Shown here: piece by piece, positions 55,009 through 64,000 of the stretch | How the letters are laid out: each line of letters starts with the position of its first letter | How positions within the stretch are numbered: position 1 is the first letter of the stretch | DNA from: an uncultured Candidatus Saccharibacteria bacterium | GTDB taxonomy: Bacteria; Patescibacteriota; CPR2; UBA1875; CAIMLA01 | Assembly: GCA_964501135.1 (NCBI GenBank) | Contig: CAZCRI010000001.1 | Location: 393 to 64,392 of the forward strand | DNA length: 64,000 nucleotides | Direction of reading: 5' to 3' | Notes under the pieces: model-generated | Seen by the model: only the letters and a program-made list of their open reading frames with translations | What the model was told of the DNA's origin: nothing | The model's database searches: none | Translations under genes and position numbers: made by a program

Positions 55009-55317
55009 TTGAAACAGTATTACGTCTACATCCTAACCAATTTTAGTAACACGACGTTATATATAGGCGTGACAAACAACCTTGAGCGTCGTTTATATGA
55101 GCATAAGTATGAGTTTGCGGACAGTTTTACGAAGAAGTACCACTGTCATCGCTTGTTATATTTTGAAGTCTCAAACTCTGTAGAGGCTGCAATTGAAAGA
55201 GAAAAACAGTTAAAGCGGTGGTCAAGAATTAAGAAGGATAATTTGATTAAAACAATGAACCCAAACATGGAAGATCTCTCGACTTCGCTCGAGATGACAG
55301 GGGGATGGGGAGAATGA
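55009..55317 (+). CDS. GIY-YIG nuclease family protein (small stand-alone)
   Basis: 102 aa; YYVYIL...LYIGVTNNLERRLYEH GIY-YIG motif; TTG start per ORF track. Confidence 0.7.
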   Translation: MKQYYVYILTNFSNTTLYIGVTNNLERRLYEHKYEFADSFTKKYHCHRLLYFEVSNSVEAAIEREKQLKRWSRIKKDNLIKTMNPNMEDLSTSLEMTGGWGE

Positions 55318-56051
55318 AAATCCGCATCGATCAAATGCTAGTGGATAACGGCCTTGTCGAGAGCAAGAACAAGGCCCAGGCGCTCATTATGGCGGGTCAG
55401 GTTTTTGCCGATGGTCACATGGTGAGTAAGGCCGGTACCAAGCTTGATACAGACTCTAATGTGTGTGTAAAGGAGCTTTTTCCTTATGTTTCACGTGGAG
55501 CACTAAAGCTCGAAAAGGCCTACATCGAGTTTAACCTTAATTTTAACGGTAAGACGCTCTGCGACATCGGTTCTTCTACAGGCGGATTTACCGATTTTGC
55601 CCTTCAAAACGGAGCTATCCGTTCTTACTGCGTGGATGTTGGTACTGGGCAGCTCGCTCAGAAAATCCGTGAAGATTCCCGAGTTGTTACGATGGAAAAG
55701 ACTGATTTTCGTGACGTTCTACTTCCTGAAGCAATCGATATCTTTGTCTCTGACGTTTCGTTTATTTCGCTAAAGCAGATTATCCCAAAGATAAAATCCT
55801 TAGTAGAGGCACAGGGCAGTAATGCAGGCCAAATCGATGTAGTCCTGCTCGTAAAACCCCAGTTCGAGGCCGGAGTAAAGGAAGTCAGTAGGGGCAAGGG
55901 TGTCATCCGGGATGAAGCCTTGCGCCAAGAAATCGTCAAAGACATTCGTGATTTTGCCAAACTTACGGGCTTTGAATTTAACGGGATTACTGAGTCTCCT
56001 ATTACTGGTGCAAAAGGCAACGTTGAATACTTACTGCATCTTCGAAGATAG
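55305..56051 (+). CDS. tlyA: TlyA-family rRNA 2'-O-methyltransferase (S4 domain plus FtsJ-like MTase)
   Basis: 248 aa; S4 RNA-binding N-terminus (RIDQMLVDNGLVESKNKAQALIMAGQV) and SAM-MTase motifs (CDIGSSTGGFTD). Confidence 0.7.
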   Translation: MGRMKIRIDQMLVDNGLVESKNKAQALIMAGQVFADGHMVSKAGTKLDTDSNVCVKELFPYVSRGALKLEKAYIEFNLNFNGKTLCDIGSSTGGFTDFALQNGAIRSYCVDVGTGQLAQKIREDSRVVTMEKTDFRDVLLPEAIDIFVSDVSFISLKQIIPKIKSLVEAQGSNAGQIDVVLLVKPQFEAGVKEVSRGKGVIRDEALRQEIVKDIRDFAKLTGFEFNGITESPITGAKGNVEYLLHLRR

Positions 56052-56127
56052 AACTAGCGCTTCAATAGCAAACTTTGCTGGTTTAAAGTACGGTTTTCAG
56101 TACTTGCCGCAGGTTTTGTTGTAGCTG

Positions 56128-56793
56128 TTAGCGGTTTACTTTCTTTCCAAAACCAGCGTCTCGTAGTGAGTGAACTAACATAGTCGTTACTAATGATATT
56201 GCAAACATCAAAATAAATTTCGTAACCAGCTGGGTTAGGGTGAGCTGCACAAGATCTTGCCCTGTTCCCCAATACGTAATCGTAATTGCGATTAGGGTGC
56301 CGATAATGGCAGCGAAAAAGCTCGAGAGATTAGTCCTAACAATAAAAGGTAGTCGGTCAGCTCTTTTTAGGCGGTCGAAGATTGGGATGTCAACGACTAA
56401 AGTGGCAACGAAAACAGAGAGTTCTGAAGCAAAAAGACTCTTTAGTGAAAAGGTCATTATTTTGGCGTATCCGGTAGGAGCGAATGCAGTTGGAAGTGAA
56501 ATAATAAGAGGGATAAGTAGAATGTAGGCAACAAGGCGGATAAAAATCATGAGCAGTGCTGTCGCTTGAGCGGTCTTCTTGCCCCAAATCTCGTTAATAA
56601 TATCGATGACACCATAAGCAATCATAATAGCGATTAAGCTACCGGAGAATTTGAGAAAACCAATCTTGGCAATCTTGGGTGCTAGCATTGGGGTGAGAAT
56701 AGCGACGGAAGAGGTTATCATCATTAAAAAAGGCAGCATATATTCGTTGATAGTAGCTTTTACCTTACTTGGCTTGAGGTCAAAAATGTTCAT
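56128..56793 (-). CDS. YhhQ/VUT-family (DUF165) queuosine-precursor-type transporter
   Basis: 221 aa, 6 TM; conserved VVDxPIF motif. Confidence 0.55.
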   Translation of the reverse strand: MNIFDLKPSKVKATINEYMLPFLMMITSSVAILTPMLAPKIAKIGFLKFSGSLIAIMIAYGVIDIINEIWGKKTAQATALLMIFIRLVAYILLIPLIISLPTAFAPTGYAKIMTFSLKSLFASELSVFVATLVVDIPIFDRLKRADRLPFIVRTNLSSFFAAIIGTLIAITITYWGTGQDLVQLTLTQLVTKFILMFAISLVTTMLVHSLRDAGFGKKVNR

Positions 56794-56803
56794 CTTGTTC
56801 CTT

Positions 56804-58105
56804 TCAAAGATCTAAAATAATTCTTTTTTGCTTCCCTTCTCCAGAGAGCTTGCCAACAGTTACTTGCAGCGGTAAGACAATACCGTTATCCTCAAAGTAA
56901 CCGAGGGTTTTGTCTTTCGACAGATAATAATTTAGTCTAATTTGGCGTGGCAACTCCTGTAAGTCGAGTGACGTTTCGCTACGGGGTGCTACTACTAGGG
57001 TAAGGGAGGGTAGCAGTTTACCGTCGGTCAGTTTTTCGGAGAGGTGTAGCTCGTAGCCTAGGATATTATCTAGATAGGACGCTAGAACGTTGTCTAGAGC
57101 TTCAGCGCTAAAGGTTAGGCCGAAAATGCGAAGAAGGTCATAATCTTTCCTCCCACCGATAGTTAATAACTGGTTATTGCCGCAGCCGCAGCTGATAGGC
57201 TCGAGAGTAGCGACATCTCCTGTTTGGTAACGGATAAGGGGAAGTGGTTTTTGGGGATCAAGATCGGTTATAACGAGGTTGCCAAACTCGCCACTAGGAA
57301 CCGGATTTCTGTTCTCGTCTAGTATCTCAAAGAAAAATTTTGAACCTGGATGGTAGGTGTTTAGGTCGAAACTACGGTTCTCGCAGTGATAGCCACCACG
57401 GTGCATCATCTCGTTACTGCCATAGAACATCTCAAGCTTTGCGTTCGGAAATTTCTTCTTTATGAGGTCTAGTTTTTCTTGGCTTACTAGTTCACCTTGG
57501 AGGGAAATCCAGCGAATGCTACCCAGATTAAACCTTAGCTTCTCAAGATGGGAAGAAAGGTTCATGAGTAATGTTGGAATAGTAATTATGCCATCAGCCT
57601 CTAGTAAATCGCAAAGCTTGGCGGTGCCTTCTAAATCTCGGTAATCACCAGGTATCGGTATTGCACCGCAATTTGGGAAATACATCATGCCATAGTAGAA
57701 GTTTAGGGCTCCTGGTATCATACATAAAATTCGTTTTAGCTGATGTTTCTGAACTTTCTCGGTAGACAAGATATTCTCGGTAGAGTTTGTAGCTCTTTGC
57801 TTCAAAATTTCTTTGGAAATTGGTACTGTCATTGGGCGGTTGATGTCACTGGTTCCGCTAGTTATGCCGATGAAGGCAATCTCGGATTGTGGCACAAAGG
57901 TTCTTTGTTCCCATGCCACCTCGAGAAGCTCGTTTTTGCACAGAAGAGGTATCTGCTGGAAGTCAGCGTAGTTATTTACACCTAAATATACTTCTGCTTT
58001 ATCGTCATATTTGTGACGATAAAAAGCAGAGAACTCACTAGTTAACGCAGCTTCAAGTGTTTTATGTATTCTGGGGTCGAATTGTTGGGAGTTATTCGGT
58101 TCCAT
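56804..58105 (-). CDS. Adenylate-forming enzyme of the PaaK/CapK/F390-synthetase family with degenerate P-loop
   Basis: 433 aa; ANL-fold motifs YGSNE and RYQTGD present, but the A3 P-loop reads TSGTSDINRPM (no Lys). Confidence 0.5.
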   Translation of the reverse strand: MEPNNSQQFDPRIHKTLEAALTSEFSAFYRHKYDDKAEVYLGVNNYADFQQIPLLCKNELLEVAWEQRTFVPQSEIAFIGITSGTSDINRPMTVPISKEILKQRATNSTENILSTEKVQKHQLKRILCMIPGALNFYYGMMYFPNCGAIPIPGDYRDLEGTAKLCDLLEADGIITIPTLLMNLSSHLEKLRFNLGSIRWISLQGELVSQEKLDLIKKKFPNAKLEMFYGSNEMMHRGGYHCENRSFDLNTYHPGSKFFFEILDENRNPVPSGEFGNLVITDLDPQKPLPLIRYQTGDVATLEPISCGCGNNQLLTIGGRKDYDLLRIFGLTFSAEALDNVLASYLDNILGYELHLSEKLTDGKLLPSLTLVVAPRSETSLDLQELPRQIRLNYYLSKDKTLGYFEDNGIVLPLQVTVGKLSGEGKQKRIILDL

Positions 58106-58124
58106 ATTATGAAAGTAGCCTAAG

Positions 58125-59786
58125 TTGAATTATAATCTTGCTATGATTATACAAAAGTTGTCTTCAAAAGGGAAACTTCTTCTAGTAGCTTTGCCGCTAC
58201 TGGTTCTAGCGGTTATCTTTTTGCTGTTTTTTTTGATTGATGGTGACTACGGGAATCAGAACGATTTGGTTGCACCGATAAACGTAGATAATATATCTGT
58301 AGGCAGCGATATACTTTCGATAGATGGGAAGCACCTGTACTTAAATGGAAAACCTATCAACCGATATGTCGAAGCGGACAGGTTCAAAAAGTATCTCCCA
58401 TACGCAAATTTCTTTGTCTTGACTAAAATGCAGCCACTATTTGCTTCAGAAGAGATTGATGCGAAAGTGCTTGCCGAGAGCGTAGAGAACCTCAAGGGGG
58501 AGCTTTCTGAGTTGGGGGAGTATGCTGGTATCTCCGGGCAGGAGCAGATAGTCCCCTTTAGTTTGTTAGAAAGTTTAGCAAAGGTTTCGGTGGCAGAGAA
58601 AACGTATTTAGAGAAGCCAACTCTCGAAAATGGCCACAATTTAGTTGTTAACTATGAATCAGCACTTAGAGGCTATCGCTTAGACGTTAAACAACTACTC
58701 TCAGACTATGAGCAGTATTATCCTAAATCCCGGGTGCAGGAGTTTAGTTCGATGAAGGCAACTACGACAAACCAGATTATACAGGCTGATCTGGAGCTAC
58801 ATTTTGCGAATACAGAAGCTCTGGCAGAAGAGATTGCTCGTAGACGGCTACTGTTAGAAGGCAAGGAGGTACGTCTAAAGCCCATTATTGGTTCACAAAA
58901 GGTAGGGTACAGGAAGGTCTCGGTGCCGACTTTTCTTGATAAACAGACAGCGCTAGGAGTAGATGAGGAATATCAAAGTAACCTTCGGGGTCCATACATT
59001 GTCAGGAGTAGCTGCTTTACAGGAAAGGACGCCGACAACTACTTTTATGTATACGACCAAAGGCTTTATGGCCGCAAAGTATTTATGCCGAAACTTGCAA
59101 CGGAAAACTTTTATACTGGCACTGGTAGCAGCGCTGCGGGTTATTCACTTATTATGGAAGGGAATACCTATCGTTGTGATGACCTAAGTTACCAGGCAGA
59201 ATTGCTCGCGGTAGATCAATTCCAACAAAAATACGGGAAAGTAGCTTTTACAAACAGCCCTGGGTACCACAAACTACCCTTGAATGTCAGGTGGAGACTA
59301 TCTAGACTGAGGGAGTTTGAGGACAGCTACTATCGAGATAGCTATAAGAACTATCAAAACTTGGTAGCCTTGAATCAGCTGTATCTTGACGCTTATCGAA
59401 CCGTTGCTTCTAATGGTCTGGAGCAGAAGCAGCAAGCTAGTGACCTGCTGGGGCGCTATGAACTGATTAGAAACAAATTGTCAGGAGTAGCTAAAATCGT
59501 TGATACGACATTTTTTGTTAACTACCTCAATGACTACTATCGAGATACTGGGGCAGCCCCGGAGAGACTAGTTCCCTACCTGGTCACTCGGAATGCCTAC
59601 AGTTTTAGTCTACTTGGGTTTACCCCTACAGTTTGGAGACTAGACGAAAAGCCAAAATATCTCTCTGGAGAATATAGTACTAAGCTACTAAATACCTACA
59701 CCGAACTTGTCAAGAAGTTACCCGCCCAGCTTTTAGAGGAGATAAATAAAGCAAAAACGCCACTCCAATCAGCGGCGCTACGGTAG
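58125..59786 (+). CDS. Hypothetical large membrane-anchored protein
   Basis: 553 aa; one N-terminal TM helix then a large presumably extracytoplasmic domain; no family recognised. Confidence 0.5.
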   Translation: MNYNLAMIIQKLSSKGKLLLVALPLLVLAVIFLLFFLIDGDYGNQNDLVAPINVDNISVGSDILSIDGKHLYLNGKPINRYVEADRFKKYLPYANFFVLTKMQPLFASEEIDAKVLAESVENLKGELSELGEYAGISGQEQIVPFSLLESLAKVSVAEKTYLEKPTLENGHNLVVNYESALRGYRLDVKQLLSDYEQYYPKSRVQEFSSMKATTTNQIIQADLELHFANTEALAEEIARRRLLLEGKEVRLKPIIGSQKVGYRKVSVPTFLDKQTALGVDEEYQSNLRGPYIVRSSCFTGKDADNYFYVYDQRLYGRKVFMPKLATENFYTGTGSSAAGYSLIMEGNTYRCDDLSYQAELLAVDQFQQKYGKVAFTNSPGYHKLPLNVRWRLSRLREFEDSYYRDSYKNYQNLVALNQLYLDAYRTVASNGLEQKQQASDLLGRYELIRNKLSGVAKIVDTTFFVNYLNDYYRDTGAAPERLVPYLVTRNAYSFSLLGFTPTVWRLDEKPKYLSGEYSTKLLNTYTELVKKLPAQLLEEINKAKTPLQSAALR

Positions 59787-59801
59787 CAATTACCCTGACG
59801 G

Positions 59802-60023
59802 TTAGTAGAAGTTACCGCATCCAGAATAAAGACAATCATTGGGGTTGGTTTCGGTCTGCGTTAAGGACTTTAGGGGTACAGCAGCACTTTGACCGTTAGG
59901 AACCTTCAGAGTCTTGGCTACATCGTCTATACTTACATAGCTTGATAGGGTGATTACCAGCAAGATAGCCAGTAAGGCCGCAGGGAGCACGCATATAATC
60001 ATTTGTTTTTCATTTTGCTTCAC
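59802..60023 (-). CDS. Hypothetical small membrane-anchored protein with C-terminal CxxxxC
   Basis: 73 aa; N-terminal TM helix. Confidence 0.35.
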   Translation of the reverse strand: MKQNEKQMIICVLPAALLAILLVITLSSYVSIDDVAKTLKVPNGQSAAVPLKSLTQTETNPNDCLYSGCGNFY

Positions 60024-60403
60024 GGCTTTATTATGATATTTTGTATTGCTGCTGTCAACTGATAGTAGTGATGAATAATTAGTTGTTTTATCTAGAGAAT
60101 TTCATTATAATTTAGCTATAACTTGTGAGGGTAATGAAATCTAGAAAGACTCATTTCGTGTTTTTTCGAAACAGAGTTACAACTAGGCCGAAAGCAAGCG
60201 GTCGTTTTAGTGTACCTAGAATATTTAAGAAGATACGACTTATCGCTTTGGAGCTGACTTACCTACCTCATCTGCTACTCCGCTTTCCACATGATCATCT
60301 ATATCACAAAACAAAGGTTTACCGCAGATATTCGGACCATCCGGCGACTGAGGTAGTCCACCGGGCGGCTCTCAGTGGGTTTCTCGTTTCACTGTTGGTC
60401 TTT

Positions 60404-63400
60404 ATGGCACTACAGTACGCTTTGCCTGGAACATTTGATTTTGTTATCCCGAGTGGTGCTAAGGCGGCAGGAGTTTATAGTAAATGGACAACAAATACTG
60501 ACTTTACCAACAACACCTCTACGACGAATACCGCAACAACCCCAAGTGGCGTTAATATTACTAGCGATTCGGTTACCCTGCTAAGTACCGGCGGCGCTGC
60601 TACCAAGACGGAAACTTTCCAAATTCCAGCTGGGGTTACCAGCCTAAATGTGACCATAGTTGGCGGCGGCGGCGGCGGCGGCGGAGGGGGGTACATGAGT
60701 GATTATGGAGCACCCGGAACCAGAACCACCATGCTTTATGGCAGTACTGTGGGTTCTGGTACCTCTTATTGGGCTGATGGCGGCACTGGTGGTTCTCCAG
60801 ATGGTGGTTTCCCGGTCGCTACAAACGGTATAACATCTGCCAATAGCGGTTGGACCATATCTACGGCTGGAAATGGTGGTTTTGGTGGGGGTGGCGGTTC
60901 AGCTGGTGAAGCCGGTGGTAATGGTGGCTCCGGCGGCATGCTTAGTAAAAATGGTTTTACCGTCATTCCAGGATTCTGGATTACCATTACGAATGGGGTA
61001 GGGGGTACAGGGGGTGCAGACGGTGGAGACGGAGGCGCAGGCGGTGCGGGCGGTGCAGGCGGTGTCACGGTATCATACTCAATGCCAATTACCTATGCTC
61101 CTACTACTGGTACTATTTCGGGACTAATGTTTGACTCTGGTGTCGGAGTACAGACTAGGTGGGGGCAGCTAAATTGGACTTCACTAGCTCTGCCTACGAG
61201 CACAGACATAAGTTTCCGAGTGGCGACCTCAGATACCAATAATGGCTCAGACTGGTCCTGGAGCAGCTACTTCACGCAGAACACCGCCGGCTCCACCGCT
61301 TATAACGCCGATTTGTCGGCTAGAACAAAATCACGGTATCTGCTACTAGAACTTACATTACATACCTCGAACAGTGCCAATGCACCGACCTTAAATGACT
61401 TTACACTGTCAGCGCTTGATGCGCCGGCTAATATGAATGTAGTTCGGCATACTGGTGGCGGCGCTCTGACTAATGCCAATGGAAACAACTGGACCTCGGA
61501 GAGCTCGGTTGATGTCAAGGCCAATATACCCAGTATGAGCCCAATTCCCATGAGTCCTTCTGGCACCGTGACCTCTGCCGCAAGCGGCACCCTGGTAGAT
61601 AATACCAAGACTTGGACGACGAATGAATACGCGAATGCTACAGTTACAATAACGGGAGGGACTGGTAGCGGGCAGACAAGAACAATTGCCAGTAATACCG
61701 CTACAAGTTTAGGATTAATTACTGGCTGGGCAACGATTCCCAATACTAGCTCGACCTATCTGATTAACTATGAGATATTGACCCCACAGATAGAGCTGAT
61801 ATCTCCGTCTTCAGGAAGCTTTGCAAACTCTAGTGCCGCTGGTAACTACTATAACGGTGCCACTATGACCACCGCAAATGGAGGGGTCACCTACACTAGC
61901 GGGGGGATTACCTATACTCCAGTAAAGGCGACTTACACGGGGGCAGCTACAGGCTATAATTTTGGCCAAATCTCTGGCCTTACGAGTGGTGCGACCTATA
62001 AAGTTCAGCTGAGATTTCTCGATAACTTTGGGCGGCTAGGTCCATGGAACACGACGATTACGCTTAATACTTTTACGGTTGATACCGTTGCTCCTGCTGA
62101 AACTACTAATCCATATCTTCTCAAAGCTACTTCCGCCTTGCTCTCAAACTACATCAAGCCGAGTGATACCTACTACATTTATGCCAATGCCAGTGATGCA
62201 CTTTCTGGCGTCTCTACAGTAACGGCCAATGTTGCTACCGTTACTACCGGTTCTAGCGCAGTAGCCATGGCTACGTCTGGCGGTCCTTGGACTGTAGATG
62301 GGGTTTCCTACGCTTATCGTTCGGCACAACTGACAGCTAATGCGGGGCTAACGAGTGGATCTAAGGCAACCTATCTGACAACAACCGACAATGCCGGCAA
62401 CACCTTTACCAATGCCAGTGCCTATAGTATTACCGCTGATGCAGTAGCTCCTACTATCACTTCGATAACCTCGACCAATACTACCGGTACCTATTATAAG
62501 GAGGGCGGAGAAATTAACGTTACCGCCAATTTCTCGGAAGTAGTCACCACGACTGTCAATGTCGGAGTCACCCTTAACTCTGGTGGGTCCTGTAGCTTTG
62601 CTGTTTCTGGCGCAGCTTCTGGCAGCTGTACCTATACAGTCGGCTCGGGTCAGAATGCTAGTCCCCTAAATAGCGCCTCGATCACAGGGACGCTTACCGA
62701 TCGAGCTGGAAACACGATGAGTAGCTTTACACCAAGTGCGAACCTCAGTGCGAGTAAGACGCTAGTGGTTGATACCGTTGCTCCTGCTGAAACTACTAAT
62801 CCATATCTTCTCAAAGCTACTTCCGCCTTGCTCTCAAACTACATCAAGCCGAGTGATACCTACTACATTTATGCCAATGCCAGTGATGCACTTTCTGGCG
62901 TCTCTACAGTAACGGCCAATGTTGCTACCGTTACTACCGGTTCTAGCGCAGTAGCCATGGCTACGTCTGGCGGTCCTTGGACTGTAGATGGGGTTTCCTA
63001 CGCTTATCGTTCGGCACAACTGACAGCTAATGCGGGGCTAACGAGTGGATCTAAGGCAACCTATCTGACAACAACCGACAATGCCGGCAACACCTTTACC
63101 AATGCCAGTGCCTATAGTATTACCGCTGATGCAGTAGCTCCTACTATCACTTCGATAACCTCGACCAATACTACCGGTACCTATTATAAGGAGGGCGGAG
63201 AAATTAACGTTACCGCCAATTTCTCGGAAGTAGTCACCACGACTGTCAATGTCGGAGTCACCCTTAACTCTGGTGGGTCCTGTAGCTTTGCTGTTTCTGG
63301 CGCAGCTTCTGGCAGCTGTACCTATACAGTCGGCTCGGGTCAGAATGCTAGTCCCCTAAATAGCGCCTCGATCACAGGGACGCTTACCGATCGAGCTGGA

Positions 63401-64000
63401 AACACGATGAGTAGCTTTACACCAAGTGCGAACCTCAGTGCGAGTAAGACGCTAGTGGTTGATACCGTTGCTCCTGCTGAGGCTACAGCACCAACTTCTG
63501 ACAATTATGCAAATAATACCGGGACTGAAACTTTGAGCTGGGAGGAGTTTTTTGACTCAGCGCCGTCATCTGGCTTTGGTAGCTATACCCTGCAGAGAAG
63601 GAAATTACCTTCTATGAGCTATACTGACATTTATGTGGTGTCCTCATCATCTACTGTTACTACCTTCACTGACAGTATAGCCGATGGCTCCGGCACCTAT
63701 TTCTATCGTCTGGTTACGGCTGATATGGCCGGTAATACTGTTACTAGCCCAGATTCGCTGGGAGTAATAGTTGATAATACCGCGCCAGGGGGTACCATCC
63801 AGATAAATGCCGACTATCGAGCAGTCGGTACGGGCACGGTTGACTTATCGTTCACCCTGACCGATGACTTCTCTGGCGTCTATAGCTATGAGGTAGATAA
63901 CGGCGACGACAACTGGCAGAACTACACCGATATAGCTGCCTCTGATCTCCTGTACAGCGGAACAATCACTAGCTGGAATTTGCTTGATCCACTAGTGGAG
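60404..64000 (+). CDS. Very large Gly/Thr/Ser-rich surface protein with Ig-like repeat domains (5' partial; runs off the window; start uncertain)
   Basis: Open frame from the stop at 60227-60229 to the window end (more than 1250 codons); first in-frame ATG at 60404. Gly-run region, then repeated roughly 230 aa units bounded by VVDTVAPAE with DNAGN/DRAGN motifs typical of bacterial Ig-like adhesin domains. Not listed in the ORF track because no stop codon lies within the window. Confidence 0.6.
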   Translation, partial: MALQYALPGTFDFVIPSGAKAAGVYSKWTTNTDFTNNTSTTNTATTPSGVNITSDSVTLLSTGGAATKTETFQIPAGVTSLNVTIVGGGGGGGGGGYMSDYGAPGTRTTMLYGSTVGSGTSYWADGGTGGSPDGGFPVATNGITSANSGWTISTAGNGGFGGGGGSAGEAGGNGGSGGMLSKNGFTVIPGFWITITNGVGGTGGADGGDGGAGGAGGAGGVTVSYSMPITYAPTTGTISGLMFDSGVGVQTRWGQLNWTSLALPTSTDISFRVATSDTNNGSDWSWSSYFTQNTAGSTAYNADLSARTKSRYLLLELTLHTSNSANAPTLNDFTLSALDAPANMNVVRHTGGGALTNANGNNWTSESSVDVKANIPSMSPIPMSPSGTVTSAASGTLVDNTKTWTTNEYANATVTITGGTGSGQTRTIASNTATSLGLITGWATIPNTSSTYLINYEILTPQIELISPSSGSFANSSAAGNYYNGATMTTANGGVTYTSGGITYTPVKATYTGAATGYNFGQISGLTSGATYKVQLRFLDNFGRLGPWNTTITLNTFTVDTVAPAETTNPYLLKATSALLSNYIKPSDTYYIYANASDALSGVSTVTANVATVTTGSSAVAMATSGGPWTVDGVSYAYRSAQLTANAGLTSGSKATYLTTTDNAGNTFTNASAYSITADAVAPTITSITSTNTTGTYYKEGGEINVTANFSEVVTTTVNVGVTLNSGGSCSFAVSGAASGSCTYTVGSGQNASPLNSASITGTLTDRAGNTMSSFTPSANLSASKTLVVDTVAPAETTNPYLLKATSALLSNYIKPSDTYYIYANASDALSGVSTVTANVATVTTGSSAVAMATSGGPWTVDGVSYAYRSAQLTANAGLTSGSKATYLTTTDNAGNTFTNASAYSITADAVAPTITSITSTNTTGTYYKEGGEINVTANFSEVVTTTVNVGVTLNSGGSCSFAVSGAASGSCTYTVGSGQNASPLNSASITGTLTDRAGNTMSSFTPSANLSASKTLVVDTVAPAEATAPTSDNYANNTGTETLSWEEFFDSAPSSGFGSYTLQRRKLPSMSYTDIYVVSSSSTVTTFTDSIADGSGTYFYRLVTADMAGNTVTSPDSLGVIVDNTAPGGTIQINADYRAVGTGTVDLSFTLTDDFSGVYSYEVDNGDDNWQNYTDIAASDLLYSGTITSWNLLDPLVE
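62078..63457 (+). repeat. Perfect tandem direct duplication, 2 x 690 bp (62078-62767 and 62768-63457), in frame within the large surface protein gene
   Basis: Identical sequence blocks starting GTTGATACCGTTGCTCCTGCTGAAACTACTAATCC; the antisense track ORFs 62144..62329 and 62834..63019 are identical. A third copy starts at 63458 but diverges after 23 bp. Confidence 0.9.

Noticed and set aside
60475-61743. Minus-strand ORFs rich in proline (MYPPPPPPPPPPTMV..., MTPPAPPAPPAPP..., 60475..60696, 60766..61068, 61300..61743)
   Set aside because: They are antisense to the Gly-rich (GGN codon) part of the large plus-strand surface protein gene. Poly-Pro is just the reverse complement of poly-Gly codons, so these are not real genes
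62144-63019. Two identical 61 aa minus-strand ORFs (62144..62329 and 62834..63019) that might suggest a repeat array or CRISPR-like structure
   Set aside because: They are antisense artefacts of the perfect 690 bp tandem duplication inside the surface protein gene. There are no short direct repeats with unique spacers, so this is not CRISPR

Overview
This 64 kb window is a gene-dense bacterial chromosome segment of about 45 % GC. The gene repertoire looks like a reduced, monoderm, anaerobe-like genome: heliorhodopsin, FemAB-family transferase plus MurE-like ligase, a short ValS, superoxide reductase plus rubrerythrin, a cupin-type PGI and RNase J. That is consistent with a Candidate Phyla Radiation (CPR)/Patescibacteria-type genome, possibly Saccharibacteria-like. 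This is an impression from gene content only, not a database result.

Most of the window is housekeeping. The recognisable genes are rbr, dfx, heliorhodopsin, two tandem tRNA-Ser, valS behind a T-box leader, tsaD, femX-like, murE-like, an nrnA-like DHH protein, truB, rpsO, pnp, pgeF, a family-4 UDG, rnj, ftsK, a rodZ-like gene, yajQ, fpg, holA, rpsT, a lexA-orf-recA-recX operon, hemW, polA, rpoD-dnaG, a redox trio (YkgJ-like, FTR catalytic domain fused to rubredoxin, glutaredoxin-like), a third tRNA-Ser, cupin PGI, pyk, trpS, a glmM-like gene, rpsF-ssb-rpsR, efp, a GIY-YIG gene, tlyA and a yhhQ-like gene. The right end is the 5' part of a very large Ig-like-repeat surface protein that contains a perfect 690 bp in-frame tandem duplication.

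The unexplained structure worth a second look is:
- Five short islets of about 55-60 % GC (11.3-13.0 kb, 33.26-33.96 kb, 45.74-46.33 kb, 47.93-48.29 kb, 51.30-51.83 kb) inserted between conserved housekeeping genes. Each carries small ORFs, mostly membrane or secreted proteins and one thioredoxin, and GC-rich perfect hairpins. Islet 3 has five back-to-back hairpins.
- A conserved twin-hairpin 5'-UTR element present twice (before rnj and before a small membrane protein gene), ending in the Shine-Dalgarno sequence.
- A palindromic ATGCGGCCGCAT-centred motif present twice in promoter regions.
- A family of GTCATCCTGAG-containing long imperfect hairpin repeats placed after genes.
- A recurrent leaderless promoter architecture (TGnTAWAAT, 6 nt, ATG) at nine or more genes.
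- Tandem GTATAC-N7-GTATAC candidate LexA operators.
- A 22-codon hydrophobic small ORF with a consensus promoter and ribosome-binding site.

No CRISPR array, transposase, integrase or reverse transcriptase was seen.
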